Assembly: GCA_003971905.1 (NCBI GenBank)
Contig: RSEE01000053.1
Span: 310,001-374,000 of the forward strand
Origin: Moniliella sp. 'wahieum'
Taxonomy: Eukaryota
DNA length: 64,000 nucleotides
Reading direction: 5' to 3'
Shown: in pieces, positions 50,046-63,271 of the stretch
Layout: the number at the start of each line of letters is the position of its first letter
Numbering within the stretch: position 1 is the stretch's first letter
Made by a program: the position numbers and the translations under genes
Notes under the pieces: model-generated
What the model saw: only the letters and a program-made list of their open reading frames with translations
Database searches by the model: none
Told to the model about the DNA's origin: nothing

Positions 50046-51142
50046 ATGAGTCTCGATCCCATCGTGTCGATTGAGGAGGAGCGGGTGGGCAACGTCACGT
50101 CCCCCTTTCTCCCCCGCCACATGGCCGCCGACCGGCGTCTGGGACCTGGCCCGCTTCCGCCGCGGCCTTACCTGCCAGATCACCTCCCTCGCCAGCGACC
50201 GCATCGAGCTCGACCTGGTCGGCGTCGACGCGAGCATTGCGAATGCCATTCGGCGTGTGCTCATTGCCGAGGTGCCGACAGTGGCGGTGGAGCATGTGTA
50301 TGTGTTTAAGAACACGTCGATTGTGCAGGACGAGGTGCTGGCTCACCGGCTCGGCCTGGTGCCCATTGGCTTTGATCCGGACCTGTTCACCTTTAAGGAG
50401 CCTAATGCGGCGGGCGACGATGAGAACACGCTCGTCTTTCTGCTGAATGCGACGTGCACGCGCAATCCGCAGTACAAGAAGAATGGCCGGCACGTGGCCA
50501 CCAACAAGCTCGAGACGGACCCGCTCAAGTTGTACGACAATGCGCATGTGACCAGTGGCATGATGCAGTTTTCGCGCCGCAGGGCGGGCAAGCGGACTGG
50601 ACCTGGCGCTCACCTAACAACCCGCGCGGCCTGCCCCCGGCGCCAGTCAACAAGGACATTGTCCTGGCCAAGATGCGTCCGGGCCAGTCGATCGAGATGG
50701 AGCGCACTGCGTCAAGGGCGTGGGCAAGGACCATGCCAAGTTTTCGCCCGTTGCTACTGCCTCCTACCGCCTCCTGCCGACGGTTGACATTCTCAAGCCG
50801 ATTGGCCAGACAGGGGACCGGGAAAAGGACAAGGAACTGCAAGCCAGGTTTACCCAGTGCTTCCCCGAGGGCGTCATTGGTACCCGCCCCACCGCCCAGG
50901 GAGGCCAAGAAGTGTACGTGGCCGATGCACGGAAGGATACCGTGTCGCGCGAGGTGCTGCGGCACGAGGAGTTTAAGGATGCGGTCAAGCTGGGCCGGGT
51001 GCGGGACCATTTCCTATTTGACATTGAGTCCACCGGCATCATCCCGCCCGAACGGCTGCTGCTGGCATCGCTCAAGGTGCTGACGGAGAAGGTGGACTTG
51101 CTGTCGGCGGCGCTGGATGCGCTGGAAACGCCCGAGGCGTGA
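50046..51142 (+). CDS. RPC40: RNA polymerase I/III subunit AC40
   Basis: DLVGVDASIANAIRRVLIAEVPTVA, NTSIVQDEVLAHRLGLVP, LAKMRPGQ, GKDHAKFSPVATASYRLLP, RVRDHFLFDIESTG. Confidence 0.96.
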
Positions 51143-51418
51143 CGCCCTGGGCGGAGGCAATGTACAAGTAGCTCATCGGGCAGGGCAGCTGCGGGGGGGA
51201 GGGTCGAGGTAGGAGTCTGGATCTGGGTTAGTTCGTAGGGTTGGGCTGCCATGTGTACTAAGTGTAAGGCAGGAGCGTTCGGTCGATCGTCAGGCCTCAG
51301 GCAAAGTTGAAGCGTGAAGCGGGAAGCGTGAAGGGCGGCGCCAGTTTTAATCTCGTGCGCCGCATCCATCCCACCACCACCACCATCACCACCACCACCT
51401 GCTCTCCCCGCCGCCGCC

Positions 51419-52524
51419 ATGCTCTCCTCCGCCTGGGCGAGCAGCTTCGGCGCTGGGCAGCGCCGGGGTGCTGTACGCATGGGCGCCCGCGCGCTCGCCG
51501 GCTGGGTCCTCCCGCACCTTGTCGCGCACGGCATCGTGCCTGCGCCATCGAGCGCGCGAGCGGCGCGGAGCTACCAACTAATCGTCGTGCTTCTCGTCCT
51601 GCTACTTCTTGCGCTCTACCAAGCCTACAAGGCCGTGCAGCCCATCTTGGCGCAGCACTCGCTGTATGCGCTGGTGGGCGTGCACGGCGGGCGCGCAGCG
51701 TCGCAAGGTGGTACGGCGGCGCTGGCATCTGCTGGCCAAGACACGTCATCCTGACAAACTAAGTCGTCATGCGAGTCTTGGCGCAGCTCGGAGGCCGACG
51801 CGCACTTTGCCCAGCTGAATCAGGCGGTGCAGACGCTACTCGATCCGAGCGCGCGGGACGCGTACGACCGGCTGGGTGTGATCGTGCCGAAGCTTGCGGC
51901 TGCTGATGGGGCCACTGTGGCTGACTCTGTGTCTGGTTCGACCGCCGTGGGCCGTAGCGACCTTTCCGCGCGGCTCAAAGTGGCCGTCGCCGACGCTGGG
52001 GCGACGTACCTGGTGCGTCACCTGACCTTGGCCAGCTACACGTCATCTTCGCTGTTTTGGCCGGGACTCGTGTCGCTGTGTGCGTTTGCGCTGGAGACGC
52101 ACTTGCTCTTATCGCCGCCGAGGCTCATTCCGTTTGCGCCGAACCTAACGCCGTACATGTGCGGCCAACTGGTGCGCGCCGTCACCGGCGCCATCGTCCC
52201 GGCCCTCGTCCAGGCTGGGTACGTGTTGGAAGAACTGATGCAGCTCGCTGCCCCCCCCGGTGCACCTTCGTTTTATTCCTTTTTCCTCCAGGCTCAAATG
52301 GCCTTGGCACGCCAAACTGCCGCGTTGGCCACCGCTACCCTACTACCACTACCGCTACCACTCCCACTCCCACTCCCAATCCCACTACCGCTACCGCTAC
52401 CACTACCGCTACGGATGTTGAGGCCGATAAGTCTCCTGAGTCTCCGGCGACAGCAGGGACGCCTGCGGCTCATCCGCCTCCGCTCCCGCACCACCGCTGG
52501 CTGACGTTCCTACCAACGAGGTAG
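51419..52524 (+). CDS. Membrane-associated J-domain (DnaJ) protein
   Basis: Hydrophobic N-terminal segments, SLYALVGV, HPDK motif, QTLLDP..RDAYDRLG. Frameshifted. Confidence 0.75.
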
Positions 52525-53771
52525 AGCGAGTGAGTCTGGCCCAGGCGATGCACCCACGCCGCTTACCTTGGTCCCTGCGCCTGCGCCTGAGCCTGCACTC
52601 AGTTCGCCGGCCACGAGCCAGCCCACCCCCGTGCCCTAAGCCCGCGCGGGCACCTATGGCTGTAGGCTGTGAGCTATACAGACAGGTTGGGAACTTGGAC
52701 CTTGGACCTTGGAACTGGAAAACACTTGGTACTTGAAACTCGGAATGTGTAGGGTCTTGGATTGAGCCTGACCATCGTGTTCGTCCAGCACGCACACGCC
52801 ACGGCAGACCGGACGACGTAGGCCTGAAGGTAGGTAGCATGTAGGAGGTCCGAGACCCAGGTAGGAGGTGGAAGATCCAAGAACGGGGAACGACATGCGA
52901 CAGTGTGACTGTGACGTGTGGACCACACCCCTCCCACTCCTTCTGGCCTCACCTCCATCCCATACAAACACAACACACAAAGACCCCCCACAATGTATTG
53001 TACTCCCCATGCGTCTCGCCAAGAGCAGCCCGACATGCAGTAGGGGGCTGAATCCACGGTCCACGGCCCACGATCAACGTCAGCGATCTTGGCTCGCATT
53101 CAATATTCACGCGTCACATGTCACACGGGACCCTAACCGGACGCTTGCATCCACACCACCCACCAATTCAACCCGTTCCTGCCACTACATCAGCGCAAGT
53201 ACATCCTTGCGCATTGGTATCGATGTAGTACAATATACACCGTCGCGGGCTCGGGCTCGGGCTCAGGCTCGGGCTTGCGCTCGGACTCGGTTATTGCGCT
53301 CGGGCCCGGGCATGGGGCGGGCCAATAAGTGCGCACAGTTGATGAGCGCATGGCGGGAGCTCCCCTCCAATCCTGTCGACTTGGTCTATCTCCCGTCCAC
53401 TGCATCCAGCGCCTTCCACCGCCACCGCCATACCGCGACAGCCCCAACACGTGAGCCATGACAGCGCGGCGGACCCGCAGGGACCTGTCGGGGAGTTTCT
53501 AGGGAAGAATCGAGCAATGGAGGAGGGACTCTACTAGCTACTACCTCGCGCCCGGGAACGAGACATCAAGTGGGGACCGAGACCAAGACCGAGGCGCAGA
53601 TGGGGATGGAGCTAGGGACGGAGCTAGGGATGGAGCTAGGGGTGGAGATGGATGGGGAAGAAGCGGTTGGGAACTTGCAAGAGCTCCAGCGCATGTGCGA
53701 ATCAGCATCTCTACGTAGGGGCAGGGGGGGGAGGGGGCGAGAAGGTGGGGGGGGGGGGGGGGTAAGGGGAG

Positions 53772-55302
53772 TTACGGAGCCTGAAGGACTGCGCGAAGGG
53801 ACAAGTTAGTTAGGTAAGTAGGTAGGTAGGTACCGACAAGGCAAGACGTAAGAAAGCGGGGAGAAGGGAGAAGTGCCGACCGAGGGGAGAAGAGGGGGAG
53901 CGAGCGAGGGATACTCGACCCGAACCCCGCTCGCTCGCTCCCTTGGTACGCGCCCGGGGGGCGGGATGGAGGAGGCAGGCAAGGAAAAAGACGACGGGAC
54001 GTACCGATTTCCATAAACTGCTGGTAAGTTAAGGTGGCCGCGCCGCGCCGTTCCACGTCGTACTTCTGGAACCCTTGGGTCAAGGAGCGAACCGCGACGC
54101 AAGCACGGACGAAATGGTCAAAGGTGATCCCGCCCGGACGGTTGACCGAACCTGAACTCGCTTGGTGGTGGTTAGCATCAGCTCATACGCACATACGCAA
54201 TTGGAGAGTGGAAAGGGACAGGTGGCAAGGTGGCAACGGGGAGGTGGGAGGGATGGGGGGTTCGCCCGTTCACGCCTCAACCCCACCGAGCAGAGCAGAG
54301 CAGAACAGAACAGAACAGGAGAGAGTAGAACGCCACGCACCGTATTTGGCCACTACCAACTGGATCAGATTGGGGGCAAGTTGAAGCCAAACTGGGACAA
54401 GGCCGTGCCCAGTTCTTGCGGATCAATGGTACCGCTTCCATCGCGGTCGGCCTGGCGGAAAATGCCCTGCCATTGCTCAATGTACCTGAGGAGGGGGGAT
54501 TGCGTTAGCCCAACGAAACAAGGAAAAGAAACAAGAACAAAGAACAGAGAACAGAGCAAAGCAGTGGCATCCCCAAGAGCTAACACTGGGCGAGCCCGTT
54601 GCTGAGGGGGTAGGGGTACGGGTAAATGTACGTACTTGAACAGGCCCACAAACTCTGGGTAGGACAGTTGGCCCGACCGGTCAACATCGTGCATGGATAA
54701 GAGCATCTTGACCGTGTCGAGGTCAAAGGGGGTCCAGTCACCATTGACAAGAGCCTGTTGGAGCTCGGTGGCGCCAATCGTGCCGCTATGGTCGCGGTCG
54801 ACGGCAGAGAACCAGCCCTGGTGACGCGCAGACGCCGCGTGGTGGAGGGGTCAGGGGGTGCTAGGCAGCGGGGCAAGGGCGGGGCAGAAGGACGTACCAC
54901 AGTTTGGGGTCGGCGCCGGGAGGGGGGGCCGGCTGGGGAGGCGGACGAGCTGGCGGTGGCGGTGGCGGTGGCGGTGGCGATGACGATGACGATGACAATG
55001 GCGGTGGGACGAGGGGGTGGGGGGGGAGGTGTGAGCAAGGGGGCGGAACCAAGGGGTTAGAACAAGGGGGGCGCACGTACCTCCATAGCCCTGGGGGGGC
55101 CGTAACCCTGAGGGGCGCCATAACCCTGGGGGGCACCGTATCCCTGCGGGGCGCCGTATCCCTGCGGAGCGCCATAGGCCTGTTGAGGCGGCGGGGGTGC
55201 GCCGTAGCCTCCGCCGTAGCCGGGTTGGGGCGGAGGCGGGGCCGGGGCGCGGTTGTTGTAGCCGCCGCCGTATCCGTAAGCGCCGCCGTAGTTGTAGCTC
55301 AT
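53772..55302 (-). CDS. PEF1: Penta-EF-hand protein (Pef1/peflin/ALG-2-like)
   Basis: G/Y/P-rich N-terminus with GYGAPQ repeats; [15 protein letters not shown]...[46 protein letters not shown]; ends VLQAP. Several introns. Confidence 0.88.
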
Positions 55303-55704
55303 CGGCACGCGGGTGGTGGGGGTGGTGGTGAGGGTGGTGAGGGTGGTGAAGGTGGTGAAGGTGGTGAAGGTGGTGGGGGGGCACTTGAGGCAAGGAGCAG
55401 CGGCAGACCAATCAATCAATGGTGCCGTCGCAGCAGCAAGAACGTCATTCGTCGTACCCTACTGTCCTCCCCCACGTCACCATCACCCATCCCGCTATCC
55501 CTCCCCCGTCCTTCTCCGACCGACTGCCCCTGCGCCTGTGAGGCGCGCAAAAACTCACCCTCCAGTTCCACTCACCAGGTGCCGCTCCACTGCCACTCGC
55601 TCCCGGCACTGCGACTCAAATGCATCCACATCCAACATCCGCCGCTTGCACACCTCCCCTCAGGGAGATACCATAGGTTTATGCATGTTACTCGCTCACC
55701 CAAC

Positions 55705-55791
55705 GGTTCCATATTGTAGTTGGTTAGCAAGTAGGATTCTGAAGCTATGCCTCGTCTTCCTGAAACCTGGGTTCGAATCCCAGTGGGACCT
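55705..55791 (+). tRNA. tRNA-Gln(CTG) with ~14-nt canonical intron
   Basis: Acceptor GGTTCCA/TGGGACC, anticodon stem TAGGA/TCCTG, loop TT-CTG-A, T arm CTGGG-TTCGAAT-CCCAG, T-run terminator. Confidence 0.92.
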
Positions 55792-55940
55792 TTTTTTTGT
55801 GATTTTGCCATTCCACCCGCACGCACCCATTTGCGTGGCTAGCCTCCCTGCCTTGGTCCTAGGCCCATGCATGCCTTTACGCTGCCCACCGTCAGACGGC
55901 AATGCCCAATCAAAAAACACACCCAGAGACACGCAAAAAG

Positions 55941-56045
55941 TGTCGTGTCCCGGGATCGAACCGGGGACCTTGAGGAATCCACTGCCGCAGATCGGACATC
56001 GAAGTCACCTTCAATCTCACGCTCTCCCATCTGAGCTAACCCGAC
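55941..56045 (-). tRNA. tRNA-Phe(GAA) with 32 nt of intervening sequence, probably two introns
   Basis: GTCGGGT TA GCTC AGATGGGA GAGC G TGAGA TT GAA G ... AGGTC CCCGG TTCGATC CCGGG ACACGAC A, followed by CTTTTT. Confidence 0.88.
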
Positions 56046-56616
56046 ATGATGTTTGCGTTGCCCAGCCCGCATTACTGTTCAAGCTTCAATCCACAAGGAT
56101 GCCCAGGCCTACCATCCGTGGCCGCATGCAATCCATCACGCCACTGCACTCAGAAGACAGACTGAGAACTCAGAGAGAACTTAGTACTCGGTTTACTCTT
56201 TGCACGCCAAACCACCTCACAATGGTTAGAATCTATCAAGGATCCTATATCTACGTAGCTAGAGCGCAGCACCTACGAGTACACGGACAAAAAACACACG
56301 ACAACAGGCACAGATGAAAGCGGTGAATTTGATCGTCGAGCCAGGCCAAGCGAGCAACGAAAACCCATGCACTGCTCAGAGGGATAGGCCGCAAATAGGA
56401 AGAGGGGAGAAAAGAGACAGGGAAAGTACAAACAGAAGGATGCTCGTGCTCTATCGATGCATGTCGATCGTAGAATGATTTCGTGGCCCGAAGCAAGAGA
56501 CAAGAGCACCGCCCCGTCCCGCGCTTGTCACATGAGACGGTGGGTGGCTCCAGCTCCTGCGGGGGCGAGAGGAAGAGAGAGGGTGGGGGGAGACGACGAC
56601 GACGACGACGTGGGGT

Positions 56617-58196
56617 TTACAAGTGCTTGTACACACCGTCGTCCCAGCGTTTCTTGGTCATGGCGGCAATCACACCGGCGCCGACACCCGAGCCGTCCTC
56701 GGCCTGGTAGAGGTGAATTTTCTTGCCATTAGTTTGGCCAAAGATGTCGCAGAGGGCATCGGAGATGCGCTGCGGGTAACCGGGGTACTTGGTGAACAAG
56801 CTTCCGTCGGCACCGACGCCGCAGCCCTCCTCGATCAAGCCCATCTTGCTGACGAGGGCGGCAATGCCTACGGCGGAGAGGCGGGCGGCACGAGTACCAA
56901 TCAAGTTGGCCAAGGTGCGGAAGAACTTCCTTTCCTCGAGGGTGGTCTCGAGGTTGAAGAAGTGGGCGAACAGGCCGGCGGTGGTGAGCATTTCGGGCGT
57001 TTCATCCGACTCGATCAGGGACAGGAAGGCCGTGTCGAAGACGGGCGAGTCGAGCTTGTAGGTGTTCTGGCCGACGAAGAGGTCGCCCTGGTCAATCATG
57101 TCCATCAGGCAGAGACGGAAGATCTCGCCGAGGTACAGGCCGCCAATCATCTTCTCGTACACTTGCTGCGTGGGCTTGTTGGAGGTAGTGTCGATGGTTA
57201 CGTCGTACTTGGTGCGGGGCAAGTACTTGGGCGAGTAAGAGTCAAAGGCACCGTACTCGCAGTTGATGGCCATGATGTCATTCTTGTTGACTTCCGGGTG
57301 CTCCTTCATGAACTTGGGGATGTTGGACACATGTTCCATGTAGGCAGCGTTGCAGCCCGTGCCGAAGATGCAAGCAATCTTCACGTCGGGCTTGGTGTAG
57401 TGGGAGGCGATCAGGGTGCCGGTCGTGTCGTTGATGAGGGCAGTAAGGCGGATGGGAATGTTGAACTTCTTCAACGACGCACGCAGCATCGCGGCCACAT
57501 CCATGCCCTCGGTGTTGGGGTTGCCAAAGCCCTTGGTCCAGCGCACCAGACGGCCATGGTCGATCTTGTCCTGTTCCATGGGGTAGGAGAAGGTGAAGCC
57601 GAGAGGGATGCGGTGCTCGAGGTCGGCCGAGCCGTCCGCTTTCTTGGGGAAGTTCTCCTCGACGAATTGGCCAAGGCACTGGGCGCAGAAGTCAAACAGT
57701 TCCGAGCCCTCGCAGTGCTTTTGTTCTTCAGCAAGCTTGTACTTGGCCTGGGTGACGTCAAAGGCACGGTCGCCCTTGAGCTCAATCAGGCACACACGCA
57801 AGTTGGTTCCACCAAGGTCGAGCGCCAAGAACTGGCCACCTTCCGTGCCCTTGGGGAAGCCAAACACGTACGTCGGGAACATCTGCACTGTCTGGCCCGG
57901 AGTGTCAAGTCCCTGTTGGAACACCTTGACAAAGTCGGCCATAAGCTCCTTCAATTTGGGAGTGTCAACCGTGAACATCTCGGTGAACTGGGCCAGGAGC
58001 TGCGGGAGGGGGGTGCGGGGTGCAGGCGTGCTGGGCTTGCTGTTGGAGCTCATCTTGAAGGTAACCTAGAAGGAGAAGAAGTCAGTCAACGTGCTTGCAC
58101 CAACGTGTGTTGGGTCGAGGGGTTACGCTGACATACGTGGTCCATGCTAGGGGTGCCCGGGCGCGAAGGAGGGCGGGAGCGAGAGACGGAGGACAT
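56617..58196 (-). CDS. Hexokinase
   Basis: ALDLGGTNLRV, LGFTFSYP, RWTKGF, INDTTGT, IFGTGCNAAY, INCEYGAFD, EKMIGGLYLGE, EDGSGVGA. Short first exon 58196-58138; ORF 56617-58053 is intact. Confidence 0.97.
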
Positions 58197-61100
58197 TGTT
58201 GGTATCGGAAGGGAAAGGGGGGAGTTGGTGTGGGTGGGGGGGTAATAGTAGGGAAGGAAGTGGATCAGAATCAGAAGAAAGTTGGAGGTGGGTTCGGGCG
58301 CTTGCAGCAAGGGGGAGAAGATGGGTGCTTTATGTACCCGCGGCGATCGGGCAGGAAGACTGAGCGGTTGAGCGGTTGAGCCTGAACGTCTGAACGCTCA
58401 AGCTGTCAAACTGAGCTGTAGCGCACAGTGCGTAGTGCGTCGTCTGTCTTCCATAGCTTCTAGGCGGGAGCACAGGAAGCAACACGGGGCCAGTGGGTGC
58501 TGACAGACCGCAGGCCACAGGTGTCTGGACCGACGGACTGAGTCCTGGCGATTGGCAGCTTTGCTTCCTCCACACTTGTGCGGCGCTCGTCTCGCCCCAC
58601 CGGCCGGCCACTGGCTACTGGTCACGCTGGGCACAACACAACGGTTGGGTGCAGAACGCAGGTACGATCCTCTGATGGATGATCTTCATCGACCGACCGT
58701 CGGTCGTCTCACTTACTCCGTACTCAGTATCAGCGCATCAGCGCATTCGACGTGGTTTGTCGCCTGGCGCGCACAGGATGCCTGGGGCGTGGTGCATGAT
58801 CGAGTGTGTCTGATGTATGACGCACGCTTGTGTGTGTCACTCTGCCCAGTCCATTCGGACGTCAGTGGGTCAGTACTGAGGTACTCAGTACCTCAGAGCG
58901 CTCTCGGGGGACGGGGCGGGGCGGGGAGCGTGGGAGGGGGGGGTGTGTCTGCGCAATGCACCATGTTTCACAGGGGGGGTGTGAGACAGGTACGTCCGCT
59001 CGGCCCCCCAGGCACTGGCCACACCCTACCCACTGGCACACACTGCCCCAGTGCCGGCCGCCTGCGCTCACGCCAGCTTGCGCTCGGTCCCTCGGGTTCA
59101 TATTTCAAACCTCGGGCGTCGAGCAAGCCTGTGGGACGTGGGTTGGCTGCGCCGCTCTGAACGCTGCAGTGACAAGTAGTGTGGCTCAGCCGCTCAGCTC
59201 GGTCGAGTGATCGATGATCGCTCGGGCCCGAAAGCACCAACTGTCTCGGAATCGATTCCATTGAGTCTGGCTCTGGCTCTGAATCTGAATCAGGATCAGG
59301 ATCAGGATCTGGAACCCGATCGAGCCAACCGCAGGGGGGGGCGGCTCAGTACTCAGTGTCCTGTCTCTCGTTTTTCGTGTGGTCTTCTGTACTCTTTCTT
59401 CTGTACTCTTCATTACCATTCTGGCCCACCTCTGTCCATCCTCTGGCGCACCCGTCCGTACTTTTTTCGGCGGGCGAGCGCGCCTACCGGAGGAGGGCAC
59501 TATAGTAATCCAAGCGACGAGACAACACTGGCATAATGCATAACTAGTGCATACCCAGCAACTAGTAACTGGTAACTGGTAATCAGTACTCAGTGCCACA
59601 CTACTAAGTACTAAACGTTCAACACGTTCAATCACCATCGTCCCACCATCCACCCAAGAATCGGTTCCTGCGATGCATACACCTGCCCACCCAACACAGC
59701 CTAGACGCGTACGGGGCCTACTATAGCCCTTGGCCTCAGGCCTCAGGCCGCACACAATAAGCATGTCACATGTTACACGCTCACCGGGTGCGCTCACATA
59801 TGTGCATGCCGCGTCTATATGTCGCACGTTCCACATGCCCCAAAATGTCTCCCCAGAGGACTGAGCCTCAGTGCGTCCACCCTCCGGCCAGCCTCTTGTT
59901 TTGTATGCACGTCTACGCCTGTCTAAGCACTGTGTCTAAGTACCTAAGTCGAGTACGCCACACAAGACGATATACGTGGCCCAAAGTCGGTCCGTTGCCA
60001 CGTAGCATAGCAGGTCCGTGCATTACTCGGGGAGGGGACTGGAGGGCACTGTAAGGTACCGTCGCCCTACTCGGGTGGTATTGAGTACCGAGTACTTGAC
60101 TACTTGAGTATCCCACACTGCCACCGAAAATGCCCCGTGGGGAGAAAGCGGGCCCCCGCGCCAGCCAAAGTGCCTGCGTGCGCCAGGTGGCGCGGTGATG
60201 ATCGGTGATCGATGATCGGTGAGACCCTCACAGGCCTGAGCCCCTGAGCCTCGGCCCTCAGGCGTTCTAGTCGATTATCGATGACCCAATCCACACTGTG
60301 CAGGCACGACCCCACTTTTTCGTGCCTCACGTGTTTTCGTCTCCGACTCTGGATCTGATGTGTGCCGTGTGGGTCGCGGGGTGTGGGTCGCGGGGTGTGG
60401 GCGCGGCGCGGGCGTGGCTAGTACTAAGTATACTCGACCGAGCCAACCTGGGCCATACCATGTTTTCGCCTGTAACCATGTAACCGATACCTAGTATATC
60501 TCCTTCTGTATTCCCACGCTGCCACAAGGAAACGTAAAGACGGGTAACGCTTAACGTAACGAGGAACAGCACAGTATACTAATCTAGTAGTTCGTACGGA
60601 ACAAGCAGGACCGGGGATACGTCAACTCTGTATATGCCTTCGTTTCTGAGTCCCCATTAACCAGCCAGCATGATCCTCGTCATTTACTCCAAGTAACATC
60701 GGGAGTCCGGTCCTGTCTCCTGCCTCATAGGCTTTTCAACTAGGGTCTCATCTCATCTCTTAATGGATTGCTCCTGCGAGGGGCACTAGCTGTTCATCGA
60801 TCCTCATCAATTAATCCTCGGCATCTGTCCATTCCACGAGATGCGTATACGATGGTGCCCATCCGCACGCGCGTGACGCCTGACGCGTGCCGCGTGAAGC
60901 TTGTTGAAGCTTGAAGCTTGAAGACGAGAAGTAGGTGTGTAGTTCTTCGCTAGCTCCGCGATCCGGCGAATCGCTCCGTCTCTTCGGCCGACGCGAAGCA
61001 TACGCTTCCTGGATACCGGCTAGGCAGCGCTGCAATCATTAATCACCCCCATACATGGGGTAGGTTACGCACCATTCCGCATCTCTGACCTCGGTCCGGC

Positions 61101-62609
61101 TCAGCTGAGCGCGCTGAGCCTGAGCGCCCAGGCGACAGGACGGGGCTAAGTCAGGCGTGACATGTGACACGTGACATGCAACGAATCATCCATCATCAAC
61201 ATCATCGATCATCTGTGAACATGTAAATCATCAGAATGGACGGATTGGTTCCTGTTGCAGTTTGCAGAGTAGAGAATGGATATTGTGGGTGTGCATGTGA
61301 TCCATGGATATCGATGATTCTCGATTCGCGGGTACGGTATTCGGACCTACTCATCCTTAGGAAGATGGCATGATCGGGGAGGGATGCTGCGCTCATCAAG
61401 ATGATCCGTCGCATTACATTTTGTGTGCGTGTGTCTACTATTACTATGGACGTGGCCGGTGGCCAGTGGGTGAGTATGAGATCTGGGATCTCAGTCTGAG
61501 ATGTGGAGAATGCCCCATTTTGAAAGTCGAGATAGAGAAATCGGAGTGTGTGGGGAAGCGCGGGGGTTCGAAAGTGTGTGCACCTGTGTTGCATGTGTAC
61601 ATAGAGTATGGGTAGCTTTTATATATCGTCCCTGTTTCCTCTTATGCAGTCGGGGCGATCGATGTCGATGATCGAAGAGGCGGATGAAGACGAAGGTGCT
61701 GCCCCCTCTCATGCACCTTCATCTCTTCCATCTGTCTTGAAGCTTGAAGCTTGAAGCTTGTGCTGTTTGAGGCCTTAAAAAGTTCGGATGCGAGAGTCTT
61801 TCAAAAAAGTGTTTTGGAGAGAGAGGCTTGAGTGTGGTTTCTCCTAGCCGCGTATCCTCCCGTATCCTTCGCCCAAACGGACCTATCTCCTGCAGTGCAC
61901 GGTGCGGTGGCGGGGGGAGGAGGGACAAACAGGGGCTCGGTGCTGGAGCATGCGTTGTGGCTGAGATGGACCATCGCGCAGAACAGCCGACACAGGCGAA
62001 ACTATATAACTTGTGGGTTTGGGCGCAATGATCGTGGCCCCACATCTATATCGCGGGGTGGGAGGGTGGGTCCATGTAATAGAGTTGGCTGCGTGTCTAG
62101 ATGGCCATGGCTATTCTACGAGGATCTGGGAAGAGGGTGGCGGTGCATTCTGGGCTGGTCCGTGCGGCGACTGGATGCTCGAAGGCGCGCCAGGCAATCG
62201 TCCTCTCGTGACGCGTGATCACACCACTGCCTGTGCTGTGGGTTATGCCGCCCCCCGCCTGCCACACGCTGTCTCAGCTTCGCCGCCCACTTGCGTTTCA
62301 AATGTCACTGTCACGTGTGGTAAGCGGCCGCGTGTCACATGTCATCGGTCAGAGCGTGTCCGCTTGGGCGTGACATGTGACATGCGACACGTGATGTGTG
62401 ATGTAGCTGAACATTGAAAGTGGGAGCGCCACCCACTGAAATGTTCAGGAGGCTGGTCGCAACGTTGAATATCGATTGATGGCCGACGTCATCGATGTGG
62501 GGCCGCGTCAGCTCGGCACCCGAACAGATGGACGACTCGTCCACATCTCAAGTCTCCATTCGGGTCTGCCTTGCCTCCCACCGTCCCAATCACCACCCTG
62601 CCCACCCCC

Positions 62610-63271
62610 ATGTCCGAATCTGAAAGCCCCTCGCCCGTGGAGCTGTGGGTGTACGATCTGAGCGGCGGCATGGCGCGGCAGCTCAGCGCGTCATTCTTGG
62701 GCACCCAACTCGATGCCATCTACCACACCTCGGTCGTCGTCTACGGCAAAGAACACTTTTTTGGCCAGGGCATCAGCATCACCACGCCAGGCATGAGCCA
62801 TGTGCGTACAGATCTTCTCCCCTGTCCCTTTGTGCATCTCTGTCTGTGTCTGTGCTGACGCATGTGGTGCTTATACAGCACGGGGCGCCGTTGGAGCGGC
62901 TCGATATGGGCCACACGGAGATTGACGAAGAAACGTTTGGGGAATTGTTAGAGGACTTGCGGGAGCGGTACACGGCCCAGTCGTACCATCTTCTCCAAAA
63001 CAACTGCAACCACTTTTCGAACGAGGTGGTGCAGCTGTTGACGGGAGAAGAGCGAGTGCCCAAAGACATTCTCGAATTGCCCAACCAGTTCCTCTCTACG
63101 CCTATGGGTCAGCTCATGGCAGGCCACATCAATGCCCTCTTCCCTCCTGGACCGGCCGCACCGCTTGTCCGCCTGCCCCAGCGAGTACCGCCGGCACGCA
63201 GGATCTACCACAGACGGCTAATTCTACCGCCCTGGGTGAGGACCAACCTACCCCTACTACACCAGCGGTGA
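62610..63271 (+). CDS. PPPDE/DeSI-type (C97) isopeptidase; 3' end uncertain
   Basis: [26 protein letters not shown] (catalytic His), [12 protein letters not shown] (catalytic Cys). Intron at ~62802-62878. Confidence 0.9.

Noticed and set aside
36000..51142. Calling frameshifted housekeeping genes pseudogenes or programmed frameshifts
   Set aside because: Protein sequence is well conserved on both sides of each break and the breaks are ubiquitous, which points to assembly error.
56623..58131. 502-aa plus-strand ORF and similar long antisense ORFs over SNU114 and PRP17
   Set aside because: Shadow ORFs produced by GC-rich codon bias of the real opposite-strand genes.
60606..60715. 9-bp inverted repeat CAGGACCGG/CCGGTCCTG
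   Set aside because: A match of this length and spacing is expected by chance in 64 kb; no TSD or second copy.
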